Origin: Methanomicrobiales archaeon
Lineage (GTDB): Archaea; Halobacteriota; Methanomicrobia; Methanomicrobiales; JACTUA01
Reading direction: 5' to 3'
Assembly: GCA_028678665.1 (NCBI GenBank)
Contig: JAJRDA010000003.1
Coordinates: forward strand, 1 to 37,941
DNA length: 37,941 nt
Below, piece after piece: positions 9,155 to 17,966 of this stretch; positions within the stretch are counted from its first letter, which is position 1; the number at the start of each line of letters is the position of its first letter. The position numbers were made by a program, and so were the translations under genes. Under the pieces are notes generated by a model. The model was not told where the DNA came from and did no database searches. It saw nothing but the letters and a program-made list of their open reading frames with translations.

Positions 9155-10240
9155 GTGGCAGTCGCGGCAGAGACCCTCCGGGCACTGGTGCGGGGGAGTG
9201 TCCATGACCTCTGCGTCCCCGGTCATGAACCGGCATTATCCCCACCGGGAAGACCTGCTGAGGGGAAGGCTGCACCGTGCCGCCGCCTCTTCAAGCTGCT
9301 CCTGCAGGGCTCCTGCCGGTTCGACTGCGCCTACTGCACGCTCCGGAACAGCCGCCGGGACCTCTCCCTAACACCGGAGGAGGCTGCAGGCCTCTTTCTC
9401 GGTATGCAGGCCCGAGGCGAGGCCGACGGCTTCTTCCTCTCTTCTGGAGTCGGTGAAGATACGGACAGGGTGATGCACGATCTCGTGGAGACCGGTGAGA
9501 TCCTGCGCCGGCGGGGGTACACCGGCTACCTGCACCTGAAGATCCTGCCCGGGGCTGCACGGGCCGACATCGCGGATGCTGCCAGGGTGGCGGATCGTAT
9601 CAGCATCAACCTGGAGGTGCCATCGGCAGGCCGCATGAGCGAGGTGGCGCAGGTGAAGGATTACCGGAGCGACCTCCTCACCCGCCTCTCCTGGATCCGG
9701 GAGGCCAGGCCCTTCGGCCACACGTCCCAGATGGTGCTGGGAGCTGCGGGGGAGACGGACCGTGAGGTGTACCGGCGCATCGCCTGGCTCTACGGCAGGA
9801 TGCAGGTCTCCCGGGTGTACTACGTCCCCTTCCGGCCACTGGCCGGTACGCCGATGGAATCCTATCCCCCAGCACCGGTCTGGAGGGCGTGGCGGTGGTA
9901 CCAGCTGGATACCCTCGTGCGAACCTACCGGCTCGGCCCTGCCGACCTGGAGACCCTCTTTGACGGCGGGGGGATGCTCACGAACCGTGACCCCAAGGAG
10001 GTGCTGGCTGAGCAGCACGGACCGGTGGACCTCCTCACGGCGCACCGGACCGACCTCCTCCGTGTGCCCGGCATCGGCCCGCGGACGGCGGAGAAGCTCG
10101 TGGCAGCGAGGATCCGTGGCGGGATCCGGGATCTCAGGGACTGTGCGGCCTGCGGCGTGAACCTCCGCCGGGCGGGACCCCACCTGGCCCTGGGTGGGAG
10201 ATCACCGGCCCAGCGGCCCCTCTCGGATTTCGTGAGGTAG
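9155..10240 (+). CDS. Radical SAM protein with C-terminal helix-hairpin-helix (putative DNA modification/repair, TIGR03916-like)
   Basis: CRFDCAYC cluster motif, GFFLSSGV, YLHLKILPGA, DRISINLE and LLRVPGIG HhH; the start is uncertain. Confidence 0.85.
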   Translation: MAVAAETLRALVRGSVHDLCVPGHEPALSPPGRPAEGKAAPCRRLFKLLLQGSCRFDCAYCTLRNSRRDLSLTPEEAAGLFLGMQARGEADGFFLSSGVGEDTDRVMHDLVETGEILRRRGYTGYLHLKILPGAARADIADAARVADRISINLEVPSAGRMSEVAQVKDYRSDLLTRLSWIREARPFGHTSQMVLGAAGETDREVYRRIAWLYGRMQVSRVYYVPFRPLAGTPMESYPPAPVWRAWRWYQLDTLVRTYRLGPADLETLFDGGGMLTNRDPKEVLAEQHGPVDLLTAHRTDLLRVPGIGPRTAEKLVAARIRGGIRDLRDCAACGVNLRRAGPHLALGGRSPAQRPLSDFVR

Positions 10241-10246
10241 ACCGGA

Positions 10247-10660
10247 TCACTTCCGGAAGGTCACGCCATCGAATGACGCCACCAGCCGGTCCCCGGCCTT
10301 TACCATGACCCGGTACAGGGCGGTGTGCTCCGTCTCGCCCAGGAACTCGGCCACCGCTTCCAGGGGACCGGTGGCAGGGACCATGAAGGTGATGTACACT
10401 GACGTGGCCACCTGCATCTCCTCCTGGTTCGCAGCAATGGCGAAAGCCTGGTCCGCGAGGGAAAAGATGGCGCCACCGTGGATCACGCCGTGGGGGTTCT
10501 CCTTCCCCTCCGGGTTCATCGTGACCCGGGCTCCCCGGGGCCAGACTTCGGTGATCTCCATGCCCAGCAGGTGGGCATAGGGGCTCCCGTTGAAGGCCTC
10601 CACCCGCTCCCGCACCCGCCGGGTGAAATCATCCCCTCCTGTGTGGTGCAGGTCGTTCAT
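10247..10660 (-). CDS. PaaI-family (hotdog fold) thioesterase
   Basis: NPHGVIHGGAIFSLADQAFA motif; start MNDLHH lies just after the GT2 stop. Confidence 0.9.
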   Translation of the reverse strand: MNDLHHTGGDDFTRRVRERVEAFNGSPYAHLLGMEITEVWPRGARVTMNPEGKENPHGVIHGGAIFSLADQAFAIAANQEEMQVATSVYITFMVPATGPLEAVAEFLGETEHTALYRVMVKAGDRLVASFDGVTFRK

Positions 10661-10673
10661 CCGCCACCGTCCG

Positions 10674-11372
10674 TCAGCGGTACTCCTGCCGCGAATACTG
10701 GTATTTCGAGGATTCCCCGCCATGGTATACGATGTACAGCCACCGGTAGATGGAGCGGAGCGTCCCGAACTGCTGGTAGCGCCGCATGGAGAATCCCACC
10801 TTCAGCGCGGGATCCAGCACCACCTGTCCCAGATTCTTCATCCGGAGCGCGATCTCCAGGTCGTCCCCGGCGTCGATGGTCCGGTACATGCCGGCCGTGA
10901 GGAAAGCCTCGCGATCAAACGCGGTGTTGCATCCCAGGGTGTAGTAGAGGGTGCGGGTCCAGTACCCGACACGGGAGAATGCATTGGCGAGAGCAAGGGC
11001 CAGGTGGTTCCGGATGCCTCCCTCCCGGGGGTAGACCGTCCCGTACAGCTGAACCGGGCGGTACCGCTCGAAATCAGAGAGTATCCGCTCCAGCCAGTCC
11101 GGCGGGACCACGCAGTCCGCATCGGTGGTGGCCACGATCTTCCCCCGGGCCTGCTGGATGCCATCGTTCCGGGCGCCCCCGACCTTGGCAGAGATCTGGA
11201 TGAACACGAGGTCAGCGAGGGGTGCCGCCAGCTCCCGGGTCCGGTCCCGGGAGTTCCCGTCCACGACGATCAGCTCGTACTGATCCCGCGGGATTGTCTG
11301 GTGGTTCAGGGATTCCAGACAGGCGACGATGTTTGCCTCTTCGTTGTAGGCGGGGATGACGACGGAGATCAT
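10674..11372 (-). CDS. Glycosyltransferase family 2 (GT-A)
   Basis: ISVVIPAYNEE, IVVDGNSRDRT, ARNDG and TDADC (DxD) motifs. Confidence 0.93.
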   Translation of the reverse strand: MISVVIPAYNEEANIVACLESLNHQTIPRDQYELIVVDGNSRDRTRELAAPLADLVFIQISAKVGGARNDGIQQARGKIVATTDADCVVPPDWLERILSDFERYRPVQLYGTVYPREGGIRNHLALALANAFSRVGYWTRTLYYTLGCNTAFDREAFLTAGMYRTIDAGDDLEIALRMKNLGQVVLDPALKVGFSMRRYQQFGTLRSIYRWLYIVYHGGESSKYQYSRQEYR

Positions 11373-12343
11373 GGGACGGACAGCTCCCTGTACAGCTCAG
11401 CGTGGCGCTTCGCGATAAGCCTGATGTCGAAGGGTTCGGTGGCTGCCCGGGCTTTCTCGCCGGAGAGGCGCCACCGGTCCCGGGTCTGGACCAGCTGCTG
11501 CGCATCGTCAAGGCCGTCGAAGAACGCGATGGTGTCGCCGAAGATCTCCCGGAACTCGGGGATCCCCCGGGCGAGAACGGGGAGGCCGCTCGCGAGCGCC
11601 TCCAGGATAACGAGGCCGAAGGTCTCGGCATGGGAGGGCATGAAGAAGAGGTCGGCCCCGCTGTAGGCCTCCATGATGTCCGGGATGAAACCGGTGAAGA
11701 TCACATTCTCGTGGGTCTTTCGCTTCTCCCGCCGGATCCGGAAGTAGTCCTTGGAGAGGGGGCCGTAGGGGAACCCCCCGACCCATACCCAGATCAGGTC
11801 CGGGACCCGTCCGGCCAGGTCCAGGAAGTCGTAGATACCCTTCCGGGGGGTCTGCTGGGCCACCGTGAGCACCACCGTTTCGTCATCGTCCACGCCGAGG
11901 GCAGCCCGGAACGCTCGCCGTTTTGGTTCGGATCGCTGGAAGAAGGCCCGGTCCACGCCGTTCGGGATCATGGTGGTGGGTACGCCGGGGAGCATGGCCC
12001 GCACGTCCCGGTCGCAGGGGTCCGATACGGTGATGATGTGGTCAAAACCCCTGTAGATGGGGGGGTAGAGCCGGTTCACGAGACCGCTGGACGCAATGTT
12101 GCCGACGTTGGTGTGGGGGGTAGAGTGGGCAGTGAGGAGCCGGATCCCCTTCGTGTAGGTGCGGTACAGGAGGGCCAGGGGGCCGAAGGTGTGGAAATGG
12201 GCCACGTCCACGTCCCGCCGGGGAGAGTTCCAGGAGGCCTGGATGTCGCCGCCGGGCAGGTTCCGGTAGACCATCTTCGCGGCGGTGGCACAGCCGATGT
12301 ACTTGAAGACCAGGAAGTCCTCGACCACGAAGTTCACGCGCAT
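11369..12343 (-). CDS. Glycosyltransferase family 4 (GT-B, retaining)
   Basis: IPNGVD, RKG and ETFGLVILEALASGLPV (Ex7E) motifs. Confidence 0.93.
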   Translation of the reverse strand: MRVNFVVEDFLVFKYIGCATAAKMVYRNLPGGDIQASWNSPRRDVDVAHFHTFGPLALLYRTYTKGIRLLTAHSTPHTNVGNIASSGLVNRLYPPIYRGFDHIITVSDPCDRDVRAMLPGVPTTMIPNGVDRAFFQRSEPKRRAFRAALGVDDDETVVLTVAQQTPRKGIYDFLDLAGRVPDLIWVWVGGFPYGPLSKDYFRIRREKRKTHENVIFTGFIPDIMEAYSGADLFFMPSHAETFGLVILEALASGLPVLARGIPEFREIFGDTIAFFDGLDDAQQLVQTRDRWRLSGEKARAATEPFDIRLIAKRHAELYRELSVP

Positions 12344-13653
12344 GGGACCGTCTCCGCAAAGTCCATGGCGGCCCGGATGCAGGCGTCCATGTTCAGGTAC
12401 TCGAACCGGGCGAACCGGCCCAGGAGGTCGATCCCCCGGGCTTCCACGTGGTCCCTCACCACCCGGATATTCCGCAGGTAGTCCAGGTCATAGATCACGT
12501 AGGCGAAGGGCTCCCGTTCCACCCGCGAATACACCACCGCGTCGGGGGAGGGGAGGATCCCCATCCGGCAGAGCCCCGAGACGACATGGCCCACGAGGGC
12601 GGAGTCCGTCATCGATGCGACGGCATCCCCCTCGCGGTACGTGATCTCGGCGAGGAGAGAGGCGTGCCCTTCCGGGGCCACCGCATCGCTGTAGCTGGAC
12701 GGGAACGAGATCCGGTTGAACTGGCCCAGGTCCTTCTCCGGGATGTACATCCAGGAGATCGGTGGGACCGTGCCCCTGATGCCCAGGGAGACCGAGAAGA
12801 GGGAGTTGTATTTCAGGTTCCTGCAGGCGTCCCGGACCGGGACCGGGACGTCCGCCAGGCAGGGGAGGAGCGCCTGGAGCGGGATCGTGGAGATCACCCG
12901 GTCTGCCCGGACGGTCTCCCTGCTGTCAGAGACAAGGTACCCCTTCCCTTCGCGCTCAACGGACCGGACGGGAAAGCCCGTGCGGATAAACTCCTCAACA
13001 GGTGCCGCGATGGCGCAGACCATCGCCTCGATACCGCCCCTGGCCGGGTACGAGAAGACCGCCTGGTGCGTGTACCCCACCGTCGGGATCCCGATGGCGG
13101 CCCGGATCACGTCCTCCACCGGCGGCCGTGGGATCCTCCCCTCCACCCAGTGGGTGGACATCTCCTCCAGGGGATACTTCCAGATCTTCTCATTGTACGG
13201 GACCAGGTAGCAGTCAGCAATCCCCCTGCCGAAGGTCTGATCGATCCATTCCCGGAAATTGGCGGGAGGGTGAACGGTACCCTTCTCATGGGCGATCAGC
13301 GCCTGGATGAAGCCGTGGATGCAGGTATAAAGGTCCTCTTTCGGCAGGGCATACAGGCCGTTTTCGAACGGGTACGGGACCTCCCTTCCCTTATAAAAGA
13401 CGACGGTGTTCCGTTCCCGCACCACCCGGTTCTCTCCCAGCACCTCCTGCATGAAGGCCAGGGCGCCTTTGTCGCGGGAGAAGATGATGTGGGAACCACC
13501 GCGGTCGAAGGTGAAGCCCTGCTCGGTGCGGGACCGGCACAGGCCTCCGATCTGCCCTTCCCGCTCCAGCACCACCACATCGTGCCCCTTCTCATGGAGG
13601 AGCCGGGCTATGGTGACACCGGAGAGACCGCCACCCAGGACTGCCCACTTCAC
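12334..13653 (-). CDS. FAD-dependent oxidoreductase, UDP-galactopyranose mutase/HemY-like
   Basis: GTG start 13653 after AGGAGAGG. Motifs GGGLSG, GGLCRS, FDRGGSHIIFS, YNEKIW, FSYPARGG, RISFPSSYS and GRFARFEYLNMD. Confidence 0.85.
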   Translation of the reverse strand: MKWAVLGGGLSGVTIARLLHEKGHDVVVLEREGQIGGLCRSRTEQGFTFDRGGSHIIFSRDKGALAFMQEVLGENRVVRERNTVVFYKGREVPYPFENGLYALPKEDLYTCIHGFIQALIAHEKGTVHPPANFREWIDQTFGRGIADCYLVPYNEKIWKYPLEEMSTHWVEGRIPRPPVEDVIRAAIGIPTVGYTHQAVFSYPARGGIEAMVCAIAAPVEEFIRTGFPVRSVEREGKGYLVSDSRETVRADRVISTIPLQALLPCLADVPVPVRDACRNLKYNSLFSVSLGIRGTVPPISWMYIPEKDLGQFNRISFPSSYSDAVAPEGHASLLAEITYREGDAVASMTDSALVGHVVSGLCRMGILPSPDAVVYSRVEREPFAYVIYDLDYLRNIRVVRDHVEARGIDLLGRFARFEYLNMDACIRAAMDFAETVPCA

Positions 13654-13751
13654 GCCTCTCCTATAGGACCCGGCTCCATATATGGGTGATGCCGTGCCAC
13701 AGGAGGGCCGGCAGGTATTTATTCCCAAAGAAATTATCAAGTATACTGTAG

Positions 13752-14087
13752 ATGATAACAATACAGGAAATCTTCTCGCATCTCCTCGATGACCTGGGGG
13801 AAGAGATCCTGCGGGCCGAGCTGGAGGGGATCGGGCGCAAGCACCGGGGGATCCGTGCCCGGCAGCGGAAGACCGGGCGGGTGGGCCGCTGCGCACGGGA
13901 GATCCTGGTCTTTTCGGGCGGGACCGGTGAGCCCCCCGCACGCCAGGTCGCCCGGAGGGCGCTGGAACGGAACCTCTCCCAGGCCTCGGTCTATCGGCTG
14001 GTGGGGGAGCTGAACCGCCGGGGGAACCCGGTCCGGGGAGCGGTGGTCCTCCGCGAGATGAAACGGATCCGGGAAGGGATTGTGTAA
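13752..14087 (+). CDS. Hypothetical basic protein (111 aa)
   Basis: Clean ORF with host-like codon usage (CGG, GAG) after an AT-rich promoter-like stretch; no recognisable motif. Confidence 0.65.
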   Translation: MITIQEIFSHLLDDLGEEILRAELEGIGRKHRGIRARQRKTGRVGRCAREILVFSGGTGEPPARQVARRALERNLSQASVYRLVGELNRRGNPVRGAVVLREMKRIREGIV

Positions 14088-14147
14088 TCTAGACATGAGC
14101 GGAGCGTGCCACAGCATCGGATTGTCTCAGGAAAGGCAGGATCAGAT

Positions 14148-14214
14148 TATCCTCACGGGGGAGGGATCGGGAGGAGGCTCTGCCCCCTCCCGTCACCCAC
14201 CCCCGATGAGGATA
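14148..14214 (+). repeat. Intergenic hairpin repeat family A, copy 1
   Basis: TATCCTCA-CGGGGG...CGGGAGGAGGC-TCT-GCCCCCTCCCG...CCCCCG-A-TGAGGATA; homologous to copies at 27473, 36661 and 37838. Confidence 0.85.
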
Positions 14215-14323
14215 GACGGACGTGTCGGTGAAGTCCGAGACGATGGGACCGTAGGGAACCCATACACCCACTATTTTTGAAAAGAAAGGGTTGTTTCCTG
14301 ATGAAAAAATTGAGAAGAAGAAT

Positions 14324-14779
14324 TCATCTCGGCTGGATGAACCAGCCGGTCAGGGTCTCGTCCAGGATCTTCTTCTCCGTGGGCCGGGTGGCCAGGCTCA
14401 CCGCCACCATGGCGAAGGCCGAGATGACCAGAGCGTAGAAGGAGAAGTGAATCGGGTAGGTGAGGATCTTGAAGAAGGAGAGGCCGCCGACCACGACCGC
14501 CGAGCCAAGGCCGCAGGCCATGGCAGCAAGGGCCCCCTCGCGGGTAGCCCGGCGCCAGTACATGCCGGCGAGAAGCGGCACGGCAAAGGTGGCCAGCATG
14601 ATGCCGATCCCGAGCCAGATCAGGAAGGCCAGGTAATCGGGCGGCTTCACGGCCAGGAAGACGGTGAGGATCCCGGCACCGATGGTGGTGGCCTGGGAGA
14701 CACGGAGGACCGTTTTGTCATCGGCCCCCGGCCGGAGCACGTTCCGGTAGACATCCCACCCGAACATGGAGCCGATGGT
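14324..14779 (-). pseudogene. 5'-truncated sodium:solute symporter (SSS/PutP/PanF family) fragment
   Basis: TIGSMFGWDVYRN...PLLAGMYWRRATREGALAAM are the last TM helices of an SSS protein. The frame is closed by TAA directly upstream of TIGSM, so roughly the first two-thirds are absent. Confidence 0.82.
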
Positions 14780-14973
14780 TTAACTCGATCGATCCGGCAC
14801 CTGGGCTGAGTGAGGGCGGAGCGTCGGTGACGGGATCGACCTTTCAGGAGATGGACAGGCCCGAGGCTGGAAGAAGGTGCACGGAGAGGCCGGTTCTCAC
14901 CCGGCGTCTGGTCATTCTGCCGAACAGGAGATAGGAAGGGGAAAGGAGGAGCGTGCAGAGGAAAAAAGGGATA

Positions 14974-15342
14974 TCACGCGGCCTGCTCGATCTCGTGCAG
15001 GATCTCGGCGATGTCGTACAGGCACCGCTCATCGAACCGGATGCTGTTGATCTCGTCCCGGGTGACCCGCCCGTTCACCCAGAGGGGGATGGAGAGGAAA
15101 TTGAAGAGGTTCTTGTAGAACGAAAGCCAGTAGAGCTGCTCCTGGTCGGTATGATCAGGAAGGTTGTCCAGGTCCAGGGTCCGTACGTCGTATCCGAGAT
15201 CTCCGACCTTCTCCTTGGCATACTCCCGTGCCCTGACCAGCCGGTCCAGCATCTCCTGGATATCCGACACACCGTCCACGTTGAGGAGTTCTTCCACCTC
15301 GTAGGGGAACATCCTCCCGTTATTCCATGATGTCTCACTCAT
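14974..15342 (-). CDS. Hypothetical acidic protein (122 aa)
   Basis: ATG 15342 preceded by an AGGTGAT archaeal SD; host-like codon usage. Confidence 0.75.
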   Translation of the reverse strand: MSETSWNNGRMFPYEVEELLNVDGVSDIQEMLDRLVRAREYAKEKVGDLGYDVRTLDLDNLPDHTDQEQLYWLSFYKNLFNFLSIPLWVNGRVTRDEINSIRFDERCLYDIAEILHEIEQAA

Positions 15343-15717
15343 ACCATCACCTGACAGCCTGGGATTGGAATCCACGACCAGTCATGGACCCGGTGTGAAA
15401 TAACCATGGTGAGCGTTCAGGCTGTTCCGGAAGAGACGGGACCCTCCCGCCTGCTCCAAAATCGTCCAGAACCGTACAGATTCCGAAAAAAACGATGATT
15501 TGAAGGATTCAGATTTCTCCAGGTCCGGGAGAAAACGCTGCGAGAATAGGCCCCGGAACGCAGGGTTTCTCCGCATCAACCCCTGCAGTGAATGCGGGTA
15601 CGCGGGGGTATCCCCACCGCAACAGATGCAGGCGGGGACCTGCCGCTACCCCCGGCCGGCCTGCAGGGAGCGGAGTGTGGACAGGCAATTACTAATTTTC
15701 CGATGGAAAAGAAGAGG

Positions 15718-16221
15718 TTATTTTGTGGGCTGGACCGTCTTTGCCCCACGGAGCATTGTGATCTTCCCGGTCCGGATCAGCTCCTTCACCCCGAACTGGC
15801 GGAGGAGCTTCTCCAGCGCATCGATCTTCCCGGGGTCACCTGCCACCTGGAGCACCACGGTCTTTGCACCCACGTCCACGATCTGCGCGCGGAAGATGGA
15901 GGCGATCTGCATCACCTCCGAGCGGGAGGAGCCGGGTTCCGCGTTCACCTTGATGAGGGCCAGCTCCCGATCCACGATCTCGCTCTCCGTGATATCGGAG
16001 ACCTTGATGACATCGATCAGCTTGTTCAGCTGCTTCATCACCTGTTCGACCTGTGCGTCGTCGCCGATAACGACGATGGTCATCCGGCTCATGCCGGGGA
16101 GCTCACTCGTTCCCACGGCCAGCGACTCGATGTTGAATCCCCGCCTGGCAAAGAGCCCGGAGACCCGGGTGAGGACGCCCGCCCGGTTCTCCACAAGGAC
16201 GGAAAGGGTATGGGCCTTCAT
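15718..16221 (-). CDS. ilvN: Acetolactate synthase small (regulatory) subunit
   Basis: LSVLVENRAGVLTRVSGLFARRGFNIESLAVG and QLNKLIDVIKV ACT domain. Confidence 0.97.
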   Translation of the reverse strand: MKAHTLSVLVENRAGVLTRVSGLFARRGFNIESLAVGTSELPGMSRMTIVVIGDDAQVEQVMKQLNKLIDVIKVSDITESEIVDRELALIKVNAEPGSSRSEVMQIASIFRAQIVDVGAKTVVLQVAGDPGKIDALEKLLRQFGVKELIRTGKITMLRGAKTVQPTK

Positions 16222-17966
16222 GCGGCCTTCCTCCCGGGCCTGAAGGTGACATCGCCCTCTTCCGCGGCTGCCAGCTCCAGTTCCCGCTCCGGCACGACGT
16301 GCCCACCGATCATCTCGTTGATGGCGGCCCCCGCCGGCACCATGGGGAAGACGTTCTCCTCCCGCTCGATGCGGACGTCCAGGAGGAAGGGGCCGTCGGT
16401 TTCAATCATCGTGCGGAGGGCCGAGGGGACCTCCTCGCACTGCTCCACCCGGATCCCGTCAATGCCGTAGGCCTTCGCAATGCCCACGAAGTCGACGGGG
16501 GGAAGTTCCGTGTAGGAGTACCGGTGGTCGTAGAAGAGCTCCTGCCACTGCCGCACCATGCCCAGGAACATGTTGTTCAGGATCACGACCTTCACCGGGA
16601 TATTATTGGCAGCCACCGTCCCCAGTTCCTGGATGTTCATCTGGAAAGAGCCGTCACCGGCGATGTCCACCACGGTCTCGTCCGGCCGGGCGAAGTGGGC
16701 CCCGATGGCGGCAGGGAACCCGTAGCCCATCGTGCCGAGACCGCCGGACGAGAGCCAGGACCGGGGTTTCCGGAAGCAGTACCACTGGGCGGTCCACATC
16801 TGGTTCTGCCCCACCTCGGAGACGATGATCCCCTCGCCCTTCAGCAGGTTCGAGAGCTCCTGGATGACGTACTGCGGGCGGAGGCACCCGTCGCTCTTGT
16901 AGGAGAGCGGGTGCTTGCGCATCCATGCCCGGATCCGGGTGAGCCATTGCTTCCGGTCATCGCGCTTTTTCAGCCGGTTGAGCATCACCTGCAGCACCGA
17001 CCGCACGTCGCCGACAATCGGGACATCCACCTTCTTGTTCTTCCCGATCTCGGCCGGGTCGATGTCCACGTGGATGATCTGCGCGTGGGGGGCAAAGGTC
17101 GGGAGCTTTCCCGTGACGCGGTCGTCAAACCTGACACCCAGGGCAATGAGCAGGTCGCTCTCGGTCACGGCATAGTTGGCGTAAACGGTCCCGTGCATGC
17201 CCAGCATCCCCAGGTTCAGGGGGTGGTCGCAGGGAATGGAACCCAGTCCCATCAGCGTGGTCGTGACCGGGCAGAGCAGGCGCTCGGCGAGCTGGACCAT
17301 CTCTCCCGATGCCTCGGAAGTGATAATCCCCCCGCCGGCATAGATCACCGGCCGTTCCGCCTTCTCGATCAGCTCGATGGCCTTGTCGATCTGCCGCGTG
17401 TGTCCTTTCAGGGTGGGCTGGTAGCCACGGAGATGCACCTTCTCAGGAAGGGGGGGCACCTCTTCGATCTGGCCGGCGGTGACGTCCTTGGGCAGGTCGA
17501 CGAGCACGGGGCCCGGCCTCCCGGTACGGGCGATGAAGAACGCCTCCTGGACCACCCGGTCCACGTCCACCGTCCGCTTGACGAGATAGCTGTGCTTGGT
17601 GATGGGCAGGGTGATGCCCGTGATATCCGCTTCCTGGAAGGCATCGTTGCCCAGGAGACTGGTGGGTACCTGGCCGGTGAGGGCCACCATCGGGACCGAG
17701 TCCATGTAGGCGGTGGCGATGCCTGTCACCAGGTTGCAGGCGCCGGGGCCTGAGGTGGCCATGCAGACGCCCACGCGGCCGCTGGCCCGGGCGTACCCGT
17801 CCGCCGCGTGGGCGGCCGCCTGCTCGTGGCGTACGAGGATGTGCCGGATCGGGGAATCGTAGAGTTCGTCGTAGACTGGCAGGATCACTCCGCCGGGGTA
17901 GCCGAAGATGGTGTCGACTCCCTCCCGCTGGAGCCCCTCAACGAGTATCTTTGCTCCGGTCTTCAT
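16218..17966 (-). CDS. ilvB: Acetolactate synthase large subunit
   Basis: FGYPGG, RHEQAAAHAADGYAR, VGQNQMW and GDGSFQMN...NN TPP motif; start MKTGAK. Confidence 0.97.
   Translation of the reverse strand: MKTGAKILVEGLQREGVDTIFGYPGGVILPVYDELYDSPIRHILVRHEQAAAHAADGYARASGRVGVCMATSGPGACNLVTGIATAYMDSVPMVALTGQVPTSLLGNDAFQEADITGITLPITKHSYLVKRTVDVDRVVQEAFFIARTGRPGPVLVDLPKDVTAGQIEEVPPLPEKVHLRGYQPTLKGHTRQIDKAIELIEKAERPVIYAGGGIITSEASGEMVQLAERLLCPVTTTLMGLGSIPCDHPLNLGMLGMHGTVYANYAVTESDLLIALGVRFDDRVTGKLPTFAPHAQIIHVDIDPAEIGKNKKVDVPIVGDVRSVLQVMLNRLKKRDDRKQWLTRIRAWMRKHPLSYKSDGCLRPQYVIQELSNLLKGEGIIVSEVGQNQMWTAQWYCFRKPRSWLSSGGLGTMGYGFPAAIGAHFARPDETVVDIAGDGSFQMNIQELGTVAANNIPVKVVILNNMFLGMVRQWQELFYDHRYSYTELPPVDFVGIAKAYGIDGIRVEQCEEVPSALRTMIETDGPFLLDVRIEREENVFPMVPAGAAINEMIGGHVVPERELELAAAEEGDVTFRPGRKAA

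Noticed and set aside
13654-13941. 96-aa N-terminal extension of the flavoprotein ORF
   Set aside because: It overlaps the divergent gene and promoter; the Rossmann motif begins right after GTG 13653, which has an SD.
14850-14933. 27-codon ORF MDRPEAGRRC... on the + strand
   Set aside because: Too short, the SD-like sequence abuts the ATG, and there is no other support.
16299-17753. Long antisense ORFs (also 12448-13689, 22096-23469, 25904-27337, 30260-31738, 35086-36441 and others)
   Set aside because: They are shadows of real genes on the opposite strand caused by high GC3 codon bias, with no recognisable motifs.
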